Assembly (NCBI RefSeq): GCF_963921235.1
Contig: NC_086120.1
Location: 34,100,001-34,164,000, forward strand
Origin: Mobula hypostoma
Lineage: Eukaryota
DNA length: 64,000 nucleotides
Reading direction: 5' to 3'
Shown: positions 25,240-37,884 of the stretch, in pieces
Layout: every line of letters starts with the position of its first letter
Numbering within the stretch: the first letter of the stretch is position 1
Notes under the pieces: generated by a model
Database searches by the model: none
What the model saw: only the letters and a program-made list of their open reading frames with translations
Told to the model about the DNA's origin: nothing
Position numbers and translations under genes: made by a program

Positions 25240-25370
25240 GAAAAGTAGGCTGGATAGAGGAAAACAATCACGTTAAACCAAGTGAACAAGGATGGCCCAA
25301 ATCCAAGTAGTGAACACAAGGCAACCAAAGCGATCAAAGTGCGGACAAATCGAGACACACTCAGAGACAT
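25240..25370 (-). CDS. REEP6-like paralog coding exon 1 (MSLSVSRFVRTLIALVALCSLLGFGPSLFTWFNVIVFLYPAYF-S), homologous to REEP6 exon 2
   Basis: GFGPSL...FLYPAYFS matches GYGASL...FVYPAYFS. Same phase-2 donor TC|gtaagt. ATG has A at -3 and an in-frame upstream TGA. Confidence 0.88.
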
Positions 25371-25550
25371 CGTTTCTCTTTTCGAATCCTCTGTTCAGCT
25401 CCAACTGTTACACCATCTCTTGGTGGTGAAGGATGCGTTACTAGGCTGCGGCAGGAATCAAGTGACATCACAGAAGGATTTATGTGGTCAGAAACGAGAG
25501 CCTAGCATGTGTGGGCATCAGAAACTGGGAACTCAGTACACACAAATCAG
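25371..25550 (-). promoter_or_regulatory. Candidate compact promoter/5'UTR of the REEP6-like paralog
   Basis: MYB-like CCAACTGTTA 25401-25410, X-box-like GTTACTAGGCTGC 25437-25449, CRE-like TGACATCA 25463-25470. Confidence 0.4.
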
Positions 25551-28028
25551 ATGAGCGTTATAACTTTATTTTGTAACACTTCTGAATAAAGTATTTTTGG
25601 AGAAAAAAAATTAGTTGGGATAACTCTCAAGTGTGATACAAGCAATCCATCTTCCAAAATTCCCATTCTCTTATAATTAAGGGATTAAAACTTTAAATTT
25701 AGCATTACTTTTAACCCATTTTTTCTTTCTAATTTAGGATTATGGATCAGGGTTTCAGCTATATAAAGAAACAACGTTTTTTTCTGAAAAGTTGCTGGTG
25801 TATCTTTTCTGCTCAGCATGGATTACAGATACATCAACATCTCCAGTGTACCTCCCCCACTCTAGCACCATCAGATCAAAGTAAATGAATATATTCCAGA
25901 GTTTAAAAAATAAATTACTCAAATACAATGCTTTTTTAAAAATTGATCTTACTTTAACAAATAGAGGTATTACTCCAGTGCACATGAATAATTAAAACTT
26001 CAACCCTATTGATCGATAGAGCAACAAAGCATTGCCTTCAAGCTCTTTCAGAAATTAGGGTCGACAGATTTCTTTGGAATCTACAATCATTAACAGTGTG
26101 GAAAACACTTAAGTGAATTGCACTTTACATTTATACTTGTACATTTTTGCTACCCGAGGCTCACAGTTTTCTCTTTTGATTCAGCATCTGGAACTTAAAT
26201 TTGACTGCCCTAAAATATAAAGTTGTGTTGACCAACTCTCCCCTCCCATTGTTTATCAAAAAATGCTTTATTTATTCTAAAGATATACATGTACTTATGA
26301 CGAGAAAAATCAGCAATTCAAATGTTTTCAAAAAAATTTACAGGAATGCTACAGCAGTTTCCAGTCCCACTGTGATATCAGTGCACTGTAATGATACACA
26401 ACTTGCACACACTCCCCAGTCACAATATCATTTTGCCTCCATTTCTCATCCCACTGGAATACCAGCTGGTGAGAACATTACATTAAAAATCTACATTTCC
26501 CAATAACACCTCTCGAAGGCTCAGCAGTCTCATTAAGATTGCCTGCAAGTTAAGCAAATGCCCTGAAGAGACACCCACTCAGTACAGTTCAATCTACAAA
26601 TTCCCTTGAATTAAATGACAAGAGAGAATCTGTAGTTGCTAGAAATCACTTGAAATAAATAACTAGGTTTTTTTTTTAAACATACGATATTATGACTTTA
26701 AAAGTATTTTCTTATACCTCACACTCCATGTAAAACATTATGAAGGAATTGTGCAGACACCAACACTCCTTCTAAATCACATTATTGTGGAGGTAATGCT
26801 TCTTTCAGCTACAACAGTTTGGGTAACTGAACTTTTTGAGCTGATCCTAAAAAATGACCTACATCACCAACCAAACCCATCCTCGCACCAGTACTGAACA
26901 AAACCTCCCCTCATGAAACAGCAAGGTTTTAAATAGCAATAGAGATGAGGTTACATGGTCTAAAGTTGGCTTGATACATTTTCACATTTAGTAATGGGGA
27001 GGGAAACAAATAATAATGTTCATCTGCCACTCACACTCAAACCTAAATGTTAATAAAAGGCCAGAATAAATGTACTAAGTTCATAACTATCCAGTCTATA
27101 AAATCCCAAAACAAAGTTTTTTCCAGAAATATCCATTTTTGGATCCATAGGCAAATTTTAAAAAGTGGGAACAATTTCATTGAGTCAGCCTACAATGCAG
27201 GATATGACAGGGTTTTAAATTATCGGCATGAGTAAATACAATCACATACAAGTCAGCTGAAGAATATCACTGAGAATTCCTCATAATTAAATGGAGTTAC
27301 TATGCACAGATTGGTTCACCGTTAGCCATCCAATGTCTTGGCATGTAGAACCGGATGGGAAAGTACATTCAATATTTTAATCTTAGTTATTAGGTGGGAC
27401 CACAGGATGAATAAATCACTTTCAACATATCTACTTAGCTAGCAAAAATGAAACCAAGCCATTTCATCCTGTTCACTTCATATCCAATTAAAAAGGATAT
27501 CTATTATCTATCGCCAGTGAAAGTGTTATTGTAAGGTACAACTCAACATTTTCAGGGTACCATGCAAAAATGAAATTATACCAACATCAAAAGGTCTTTT
27601 TCCTGACAATTAGTGCTAAAATTGAGCTTGTGGAATGTTAACATTTGACAAATCTACTACACCTCTGGGGTTAAACAAATCAATGTGGTAATTTTTAACT
27701 GTATATTATAATGCAATGTATAAATCCAGTTTAGACCATAAGAGGGGCCATTCTTCTTTGTTGCTTCAAAAAAAAACTTTAGTCTTTTGCTACAAGAACA
27801 TTGTATAAACCAAGTAGAAAATTTATTGAATTTGAAAAGTAAAATACTTGAAAATGAGAGTGTCTGCTTCTGAAAGAAAAAAGTAGGTTATATTAGATTC
27901 AAATGTCAAATCATACTTAGAAAATCTAACTATAATCTTTTCCTTTCAGAGACTGTTGCTTCTATGCCAGATTTACAGTAAGTCTTCTCTTTTCTTGTGG
28001 GATTAGCTTCATCTTGCAGGCAGTCAGT
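25550..28028 (-). other. reep6: Probable REEP6 3'UTR with AATAAA signals near 26270 and at 25565-25570
   Basis: Unusually repeat-poor AT-rich stretch downstream of the stop codon; minus-strand AATAAA hexamers. True end unknown. Confidence 0.55.
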
Positions 28029-28069
28029 TTATTTTATGGTCCTCAGTTGTTTTCGCCTTTTATCAAGTG
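28029..28069 (-). CDS. reep6: REEP6 terminal coding exon (A-LDKRRKQLRTIK-stop); exon-5-skipped protein is 185 aa
   Basis: Acceptor tttgtattacag|CA, phase 1. Followed by about 2.5 kb of repeat-poor AT-rich sequence. The acceptor and IK-stop end resemble the paralog terminal exon. Confidence 0.7.
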
Positions 28070-30214
28070 CTGTAATACAAAAGAATTAATAAAATCAGAA
28101 ATATCTTGAAATGTAATATGGCTGCTATATTTGCATGTAGAGGTAGGAACAACTTGGGGGGGGGAGGGGGGCGGAGATGGCTGCAATGTTATCAGTAGTT
28201 TTTATAAATCACCAGGTACATCTTTAACAATGGTCAACTTGTTCCATTAAAAAAAAGTTAACTTGTCCCACTCCACCCAAAGTCTCTCTGGCTATCCATC
28301 CCATAGGGTGATGATGGTTCCTTTCAGTCAGTTAGTGGGGTAACTACCCCACTCCCCAGAAAGGAACAGCGTGTGCGTGAGTGGATTTTAGATGAGTAGA
28401 GGGTTGCACAGGTCCAGACCCACCCTCTCGATATCCCCTCCCAGATCCAGTGGCATGATGGGGTTCAAGATGGCTGGGGCAAGTTCTGCTGCAGTGAATG
28501 GCCAGACCAAGCTTCGATACAGGGGATGCCCTTTCCGTGCTTCACGGCACGTGTTTGCTAGATGGCCGTTGACCCTGACAGGGTTCATCCGCCCAAAGTG
28601 ATCAATGTATATGTCACCCTGAGATTCACTTCCTTGTAAGCGTTCAGTGGAATAAATACAACAGAATAAATGAAAAACTACAAAGACTAACAATGAGAGA
28701 CAAACTGAGTAAATATGAAAAATGGTAAATAGATAAATAATACTAAAAGCATGAGCTGTAGAGGACTTGAAAGTGAGCCCATAGGTTGTAAAATTTGTTC
28801 AGTGTTGAGGGGAGTGAAGTTTTCCCCACACTGGATCAGGAGCTTGATAGTTGAAGAACAATAACAGTTCCTGAATCTGCTGGTGTGGAACTCAAGCAGG
28901 GCTTTGAAATAGTAACATAGCTTTCTTTTCCTGACCACGTTCCGCTATAGAAGTAAAGCTCCAAAGCCCATCAGTTCATATACCTTTTAAAATCCAATAT
29001 ACCTACTACTGCAAAATTCAATCTCCATGCTCTGTCTCAAGTAGCACTTGTAATTGTGCCAATCTTGTTGGACATCATCCTAAGCAAACTGATGCATATT
29101 TTATGGCATCCCATCAAAAGGCAATTAGATGCATAGATAATGAGAATATAACATGGGTACTACATATGATCTCTACAAAATCCATAATCCAACTAACAAT
29201 AATTGTTATCTCCCTCACATATCATTGATTGGTAGATTCTCTTTTGAAGAAAGACAAGTGATTAGGCTTATATCCACTGGAGTTCAGAAGAATGAGAGGG
29301 ACATAATTAAAACACACAAATCTGGAGGGTTTTGACAGAGCAGATGTGGATGTTTCTTCCTCTGGGAGAATCTACAATTAGGGGTTACAGTTTAAAAATA
29401 AGGGCCAGTCTATTGAAGACAGACAGAAGACAATTGTTTAAAAAAAAATTCTGGACTGCTGAAAATCTCCAAGGACAACTTGAATGTTTTTTTTAAAAAA
29501 AAACAGATAGATATAGATTCTTAGTAAGCAAAAGGGTGAGACATGACTCTGTAGATGGGGACGCAAGGTTAAGGTCACAAATACTAATCACAATTTTAGT
29601 AAATAGTGGATTATGCTCAAGAGGCTGAGTAGGCTATTATTACTTCTAATTTATATGCTTATATGCATTTCATTATACAGCCACTCAACGTGCCATAAAT
29701 TAGCATATTTCACTGTGGGCAAGGAAACAAATCTCACACCAACACATTTCTATTCAGTGTTTAACCACACCAGAGGCTGGAAATGATGAACAATAATTAT
29801 TTTTCTTTGCAGACAGGTCAACAGCTTCAAGCAAGTTGGTAGGAGGAATATAGACAATTCAGAGGGAAAAAGAGTTACTTACCCTTGAGGATTGAAAATC
29901 TGGCACTCAGTGCCTAAAGTTATGGATGTGGAAACTGTCAAAACATTTAAGATGTGTCTGCTAGAGCCCTTCACACCTATGGGTTGTGGGAGTAACTCAA
30001 TTGGTTGCAATTTTTAAGCCAGCATGACATAATTATTTTCAAAACCTGCATAATTGCTCACTCCGCTATTGAAATCAAAGATTGAAGTTTTTCCAACATT
30101 TAATTGTTTTTCACTGGTTTATAGAGACATTAAAGAATAATACAGGTCAAATCTCAACAAGGAATATGTTATTAAATTGTTAAAAATAAACATCTGGATA
30201 AATTAAAAAAAAGA

Positions 30215-30425
30215 CAGGCAAGAGAGACCATAGATGCAGGAAGTCTCAATCAACACACAAAATGGCGAAGGAAGCAGATCAGGCAGCATCTGAGGAGGAA
30301 AATGAACCACCAGCACTTTGGGCCAGGACTCTTAATCAGGACTTGGGTCTCGGCCTGAAACATCGGCCGTTCAATTTCCTCCACAGATTCTGCCTGATCT
30401 GCTGAGTTCCTCCAGCATTGCGCAT
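30215..30425. mobile_element. Inverted pair of Penelope pLTR fragments
   Basis: Two oppositely oriented copies joined at the hammerhead region near 30342. Confidence 0.72.
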
Positions 30426-30973
30426 GGACAAGTAACAAGACCAGAATAATGACAATCCCCCTGTGGGGAAAAATCTCGTCCTAATGTTGGATGACTTAGG
30501 ATGGCAAGCACAATTGGAGTGCATGCAGAAGCATCGAGAGCAGGCAGAATTGTGAAATGAATTGATGAATAAATGTAAAAGCTTAAGGAGAATTGGACAT
30601 GTAAAATTGTACATGTAAAATTGTACAAACGCTTGCTTCCAATTTCCACAATGTGCTTGGGCATCTGGCCACAAGTGCAATTCATAAGGGTTAATTATTT
30701 ACCAATAAACTTATGACCCATGAGGGCAAGACTGGCCAGAAGCAAATGAGATGGCTAATTTGTAGAGCTTTGGAAGTCAAACATGTTATTAACATATGAA
30801 GTTTACCAAAAAACATGTTGGATAGATGGGAAAAACAATTCGAAAGCAAGTTAAAAAATCTAAAAGTTAACAATTAAATGCTTGGCTGATACTGAACAGC
30901 AGGAAATGGGTGCAGGTTTTTTTTTTAAAAAAGCCAAATGCAACTTACCCTTATATCAATACCCTTCCTGCCA

Positions 30974-30994
30974 TCAGTCTACAGACAGCTGAGT
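30974..30994 (-). CDS. reep6: Candidate REEP6 small exon (whole exon 30949-30994) encoding TQLSVD-stop after the 74-nt exon 5
   Basis: Pyrimidine tract, ctaat branch-like motif and ttaag acceptor; strong donor G|gtaagt at 30948; open in phase 0 to TGA. Acceptor choice is ambiguous. Confidence 0.4.
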   Translation of the reverse strand, partial: TQLSVD

Positions 30995-31419
30995 CTTAAC
31001 ATATTAGGCAGCAGGAAGAAAAAAAAGTGACATTACAGAACAGAACACATGCACATCCCTTCCACTAAGGCCCAAGAACAACTTGCAAGTAATCAAGCTA
31101 GTTAACCGGATTTCATTTTAGCCTTTTTCGGAAAAGGCAATTATCATGCTGGGTACCTGGTTTCAAAACACACAGTACATGAATGTTCAAGTGTTCTACA
31201 ACTGGATATCTAAACCATCACATCAATCAGCTGCTTGGCCACTTTGCATCATTCCTACAATTTACTTATCTATTGGATTCGCTTCAAGAGATCACAAACA
31301 AGGAACCAGTGCTTGTCATTTTAAACAGGTGTGCAGGGTAGTGAATCTCTGAAATAGTCCAGAGAAGGAGCCAGTTCATTAGATAAGTTTGTTATGTGCT
31401 GTGTTGTATGATGTGGGCA

Positions 31420-31750
31420 ATCATGGTCTTTGGGTTGTGGAGTAGAGATATGTCTCCACCAAAGGAGGTGCAAGGTGTTTCTTCTCTCTGCTGGCCTGCA
31501 GGTCACTTTTGGGCAAGGTGTAGCATCTGCTTAGCCCCCTGATCTGGGTTGCATGAAGCCATGGGAGCAGGTGGTGGCTGGTTGTACGAGTAGCTGGTTC
31601 ACATCACAAGTCTGGTTATGTGACCACTAATGCCAGGCAGACAATCTCTGAAGAGTATTGATAATGGCTGGGGCCATCCATCTTGTAAAGACACTGCCCA
31701 GAAGGCAATGGCAAACTACTTCTGTAGAAAAGAACAAGTCATGGTCACAG
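31420..31750 (+). mobile_element. RTE-derived non-autonomous element (second copy about 59600-59965)
   Basis: Two homologous copies in the window, ending in gaaggcaatggcaaac.acttctgta, similar to the RTE/Bov-A motif. Confidence 0.65.
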
Positions 31751-33737
31751 AAAGGTAGAGATAGATAAATATTTGAAAAATCAAGGAATTGATGGTTATG
31801 GGGAACTGACAGAAAAGAAGAGTTGAGACCATCATTGATCACTCACAATCATGCTGGATGGCAGGACAGGTTTGAGGGTCTGCATGCTTACTCCATCTCC
31901 TACTTGTGTTCAGCTGGGCGGCCGAACCAGTATCAGCTTTATTATCACTGACGTATGTCATGAAATTTGTTTTGCAGCAGTAGTACAGCACAATACACAA
32001 AATGTTATAAACTACTATACACTTTTTAAATTAGTGCAAAAACTGGACAGCTTCTTCCCCCAAAACAGAGATGACCATCTATAACTACAGCAACATTATA
32101 AAGATAGTGCTTCTATTATAGTTCATGACTGCTACAGTAAGAAAGACCATACCAAATATTGTGCAGAGTTCTGGCATTGTTTAATGAGGGATATACCTTC
32201 ACTGAATACCATTCAAGAGATGGGTCATTGGGTCGATTCCTGGGATGAGGGCCTATCTGAAGAGGGAAGATTAATCTGTGGAATGCACGAGAATGAGAGG
32301 GGATTTTATTAGAAAATATATATACTGAATGGGCTGAAATCCTCACAGAATGCTTTGCTCCGAGCTCAGTGAAGAATTGACTCTTCAAGATAGAAGTGAG
32401 GAGAAATTTAATAAAGTGTCATGAATGCATTGGAACTCTCTACCCCAGAATTTGATGCAAAATTGAGCCACTGGATATATTGAAGACAGAAATAAATTTG
32501 TATTACAAGCAGGTTGACAATTATAGGAAGTCAGTAAGAAAATCAAGCTTAAGCTAAAGGTTGAATCAATGATCTTATTGAATAAAATAGCAGATTCATT
32601 GGCCACATGGCTGATTTGTCCTTCTTGTATAGTAGAGAGGAACAGTTAAGACTAGAAATAAAAATGAAACTGTTGGTGATTAATCATATGAAACTGAGTA
32701 ATATCTATTCAGATGACCAATTTCCTTCGAAAAACGGAAATAATGAGTACGGTGGAAAATTCAAAAACTTTGCAACTTTTCCTAGAGTGTCAGGAGATTA
32801 AAAAGTTATTGAAGTTTCAACTGAAGGACTGGTACACTCGGGAAATGGGAAGGATTTCAGCTGTAAACACTTGAAAAGGGCAAATGTAGCCAAGAAATGG
32901 CTTAATAGAATATCATTATACCCATCTCCTCAGGTCCAAGGCTTCAGTCTGTTTCTTTTGGACAGTAGCTACTTTTATGTGAACTCCAGATCACAGTTTC
33001 ATTTATTATTACAGAACTGAAACTAACAGGCCATTTCTGGTCATTAACAATTTACACAGTTACTGAGATGTTAATCTACTTAACTTTAAGGCATGCAGCA
33101 AATGCAGTGTTCATTTTTAAAAAAAAAGAAAAAATAGCAAAATCCAACAATGTGATTGAAGTACAATCTTATGATCTCCAATTGCCCGCTTCACATTGCT
33201 GCCATTTAAAGCTTTCCTCAGCACAGACACCATTCAATTAACTCTAAGGCAGCTCTCAAGTTATTTCCGCGACCTGCCCTCTCACACCTATCAGATTTAG
33301 TTTTACCATGCATCACTTGTACATTGAAACATAGTGAAGTGCGACATTTGCTACAATAGCCAGCACAACGTTATGATGTACCATTGCTTCTTTATTCTCC
33401 TGTTGTCCACCTAAACAAGCAGCAAATTTATAACAGTCACATGACCTACCAATCAGGAAACTTTGGGATATGCAAGGGAAGGTGGTGGGGGCGGGGGGGG
33501 GGAAGAAAGGGGGAGAGAAATCAAAATGACGTGAAAGAAACCCCATGAACATACAAGGACAATGGACAATCTACAAACTTCATACAGAAAAGTTCAATTG
33601 TCAGGATCAAATCTTGATCCCTGGAAGTGCAAAGCAGGAAAACTCAAGCAATTTTCCTTTCTTTTCCACCTCCACCATCCCCATCCACTCTGCACTGGGG
33701 TCCACTGAAACTCAAACTCATTTAGTACAAGATCTCA

Positions 33738-36660
33738 AGACCATAAGACATAAGAGCAGAATTAGGCCATTCCATCTGCTCCGCCATTCCATCAAGGGTA
33801 ATCCCGGATCCCACTCAACCCCATACACCTGCTTTCTCACCATATCCTTTCATGCCCTTACTGATCAGTAAACGATCAACTTCCGCTTTAAATATCCTCA
33901 CGGACTTGGCCTCCATCGCACTCTGTGGCAGAGCGTTCCACAGATTTACTACTCTCCGGCTAAAAAAAAATTCCTCCTAACCTCTGTTCTAAAGGGTTGC
34001 CCCCTCAATTCTGAGGCTGTGCCCTTTAGTTCTGGATATCCCCACCATAGGAAACATCCTCTCCACATCCACCCTATCTAGTCCTTTCAACATTCAGTAG
34101 GTTTCAGTGAGATAGCCATGCATTCTTCCAAATTCCAGTAAGGCTCAAAGCCACTGAACGCTCCTCATATGTTAACCCCTTCATTCCCCGAATCAACCTT
34201 GTGAACCTCCTCTGGACTCTCTCCACTGCAACACATCCTTTGATATACGGGCTCTGAAACTGTTGACAATACTCCAAGTGTGGCCTGACTAGTGTCTAAT
34301 AAATGCTGAGCATTGTCTCCTTGATTTTATATTCTATTACCCTTGAAATAAATGCCAATGTTGCATTTGCCTTCTTTACCACAGCCTCAACCTGTAAATT
34401 AACCTTCTGGGAGTCTTGCACAAAGATTCCCAAGCCCCTCTGATGTTTGAGACCCCTCCTCATTTAGATAATAGCCCACACCATCATTCCTTTTACCAAA
34501 ACACATTATCATACATTTCCCAACACTGTATTCCATTTGTCACTTTTTTGCCCATTCTTCCAATTTGTCCAAGTCCTGCTGCAATCTTATTGCTTCCTCA
34601 GCTCTACCTCCCCTCCCCCACCCACATTCATATCATCTGCAAACTTTGCCACAAAGCTATCAATTCTGTTATCTAAGCCACTGACAAACAATGTGAAAAG
34701 TAGCGGTCCCAATACTGACCCAAGGAACGCCACTAGTCACCAGCCGCCAACCAGAAAAGACCCCTTTTATTCCTACTCACTGTCTCCTACACATCAGCCA
34801 TTCCTCTATCCATGCCAGTATCTTGCCTGTAATACCATTGGATTTCATCTCGTTAAGCAGCCTCATGTGTGGCACCTATCAAGCGGCTTCCGAAAATCCA
34901 AGTAAATGAGATACCACCGCCTCTCCTTTGTCCACCCTACTTGTTACTTCCTCGAAGAACTCCAACAGGTTTGTCAGGCAAGATTTCCTTTTACAGAAAC
35001 CATGCTGACTTTGACTTATTTTATCATCAGTCTCCAAGTACCTTGAAACCTCATCCTTAATAATAAACTCCAGCACTTTCCCAACCACTGAGGTTAAGCT
35101 AAATGGCCTATAATTTCCTTTCTTTTGCCTTCCTCCTTTTTTAAAGAGTGGAGTGACATTTGCAATATTCCAGTCCTCCAGGACCATGCCAGAATCAAGT
35201 GATTCTTGAAAGATCATGAGCAATGCATCCGTTATCTCTTCAGCAACCCCTCTCAGTACTCAGATGTAGTCCATCTGGCCCAGATGACATCCACCTTAAG
35301 ACCTCTGAGTTTGCTTGACACTTTTTCCCTTTGTAATAGCAATAGCACTCACTCCTGCTCCCCAACACACATGGACCTCCAGCACACTGCTAGTGTCTTC
35401 CACAGTGAAGACAGATGCAAAGTACCCATTAAATTTATCTGCCATTTCCCTGTACCCCCCCCCCCATTTCTACCTCACCAGCATCATTTTTCAGCGGTTC
35501 AATATTAACTCTCACCTCCCTTTTATTCTTTATATAACTGAAAAAACTTTTGGTAGCCTGCTTTATATTATTGGCTAGTCTGCCCTCATATTTCATCTTT
35601 TCCCTTCTTATAGCTTTTTAGTTGCCTTTTGTTGGATTTTAAAGGCTTCCCAACCATCCAACTTCCCATTCGCTTTTGCTACTTTATATTTCCTTTCCTT
35701 GGCTTTTATCCAGTCCTTAACTTCCCTTATCAGCCACTGTAGCTTACCCTGCCATGTGAGAACTTCTTCCTCTGTGGGACATACCCATCTTGTGCGTTTT
35801 TTCCTGGGAATAGTTCACTTCAGCCACCTTTGTTCTGCCAACATCCTCACCAGTATCCTCCTCCAATCCACCTTGACAAGCTCCTTTCTCATACCTCTGT
35901 AATTCCCTTTTCTCCCCCCCACCCATTGTGATACAGATACATGTGACTTGTGCTTCTCCCTCTCAGATTACAGCGTGAATTCAGTCATATCATGATCACT
36001 ACCTCCCTAGTGTTCCATTACTTTAAGCTCCCTAATAAGATCTGGGTTATCACACAACACCCAATCTAACATAGCCTTTCCCCGAGTCGGCTCAAGCACA
36101 AACTGCTCTAAAAAGCCATCTCATAGGTATTCAACAAATTCCCCTCTTGCAGTCAGACACCAACCCGATTTTCCCAATCCCCTTACATATTGAAATCCCC
36201 CCCATTACAATTGTGTCATTACCCTTATTACACGCCTCTTCCAGCTTCCTTTGCAGTCTCAACTGCACATCTTGGCTACTACTTGGAGGCCTATATATAA
36301 TTCCCATAATGGCTTTTGTACCCTTGCAGTTTTTTTAACTCCATCCACAGAGATTCAACATTCTCTGACCCCATGTTTCCTCTTTCTAAAGGTGCAATTC
36401 CAACTCTTACCAGAGTCACACTACCACCTATGTTTGCCTGCCCTTTCTATACAAAGTATATCCTCTGATGTTAAGCTCCCAAATATGGCCTTCTTTCAGC
36501 CATGACTCAGATGCCTACAATGTCATACTGACCAATCTCCAATTGTGCCACAAGTTTGCCTACCTTATTCCAAATGCAACTGGCATTTAAATAAAGCACC
36601 TTCAGTCCTACATTCTTCACCCTTTTGAATTTTGCCTCTGTGGTACAATTTAACTCATTG
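33738..36660 (-). mobile_element. Long CR1 LINE ORF2 fragment (endonuclease to 3' end, internally deleted)
   Basis: LKVLYLNASCIWNK; IFQESLDSGMVLEDWNIANVTPLFKKGGRQKKGNYRP..QHGF..SCLTNLLEFFEEVT. Confidence 0.92.
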
Positions 36661-37884
36661 CTCTGTATAGTAACTTTATATTGCTGAACTTCAGCCTCAA
36701 GTAATTCTGTGCAGGTAAAATCAATAGTAATGAAAACAGGCAATACCAAACACCTTCTACAAACCACCTAATTTTTCTTTTGAAGTTAGCTTGAAAGAAA
36801 ACATTCAAAATTAAACTTTGATTATTTTTTTAAAAAAATCTGCAGGTTGAAGTGACATTATGTTTAAAAGACAGACTTGCTCAGTTTTAAAGAAATGAAA
36901 CAGAACACCACATAGTGCAAAATGGTAATCAAGTAACCTTGTAAATTTTGCTGGGAAGTGTGACTGCTCTGAAGCGACCTTTCAACTAGGAGCCAAAATC
37001 ACTCACTCCCCAAGTCAACATGAAAGGGCACATCTAATGCAAGCCAAGAAATGTAAAAGATACTCAAACTAGAGCAGTGTTCTTTCCACAGGCAAATGCT
37101 AATGACCCACAACACACATTACCTTATGCATCTGGGACTTTCATGATCCTAACAGAAAGCTGTACACAACGTGGTGTTGGGTTCCTTCGTTTGCTGAAAT
37201 CTAACTTTGTGGGACTCAGTTGATCAACATGTTATATATTAAGGATAGAGAACAGGGCAATATTCTAAAACTGCACAATATTCTCAAACAAAATCTTTGA
37301 AATACATTTACCTATCCAAGGGGAATACAAAAATAGAGCACAAATTACAAAGAAAGCTTTATAGACTGATGGCATACAGCGCTAAATGAAATAGCACACT
37401 TTAAAAATGTTTACATTTGTGATTACACTAAAGGGCAGAAGCTATGAAAATTCAATTTAAATTACTATTAGGGCTTGTTTGGACTAGAGGGACAGCTGGT
37501 TTATCATGACACTTTATTAGTGGAAGAATGAACAAGTTTCACCAGGTGTAATAGTTATGAGCTGTAATAGAAACATTATCCCTATGTTGTTATTATAGTT
37601 ATAAATAGTCACCTCTGTATTAAACACTAATATATGAAGTCTTAAAAGGACAAAATTCAATTGCTCATTAAGGTCACCTTAAAATGAAGATTCAAGCTTT
37701 GTGAATCTTGAATCTCATTCATTTAAAGCCACCTTAAAATGAATAGGGAAAGAATTAAAATGTATACCCCAATATTTATTGCGAAAGTTAAAGTCCAATT
37801 CTGGTGTAATAGTTCCACTAACAACAGATCATGATAAACCATAGATTCTGATCTAGCAAAAAGCAGGCCTGCTTCATTACATAC

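Noticed and set aside
37123-37148. Possible 26-nt REEP6 micro-exon
   Set aside because: Phases do not connect to the downstream exons without a premature stop.
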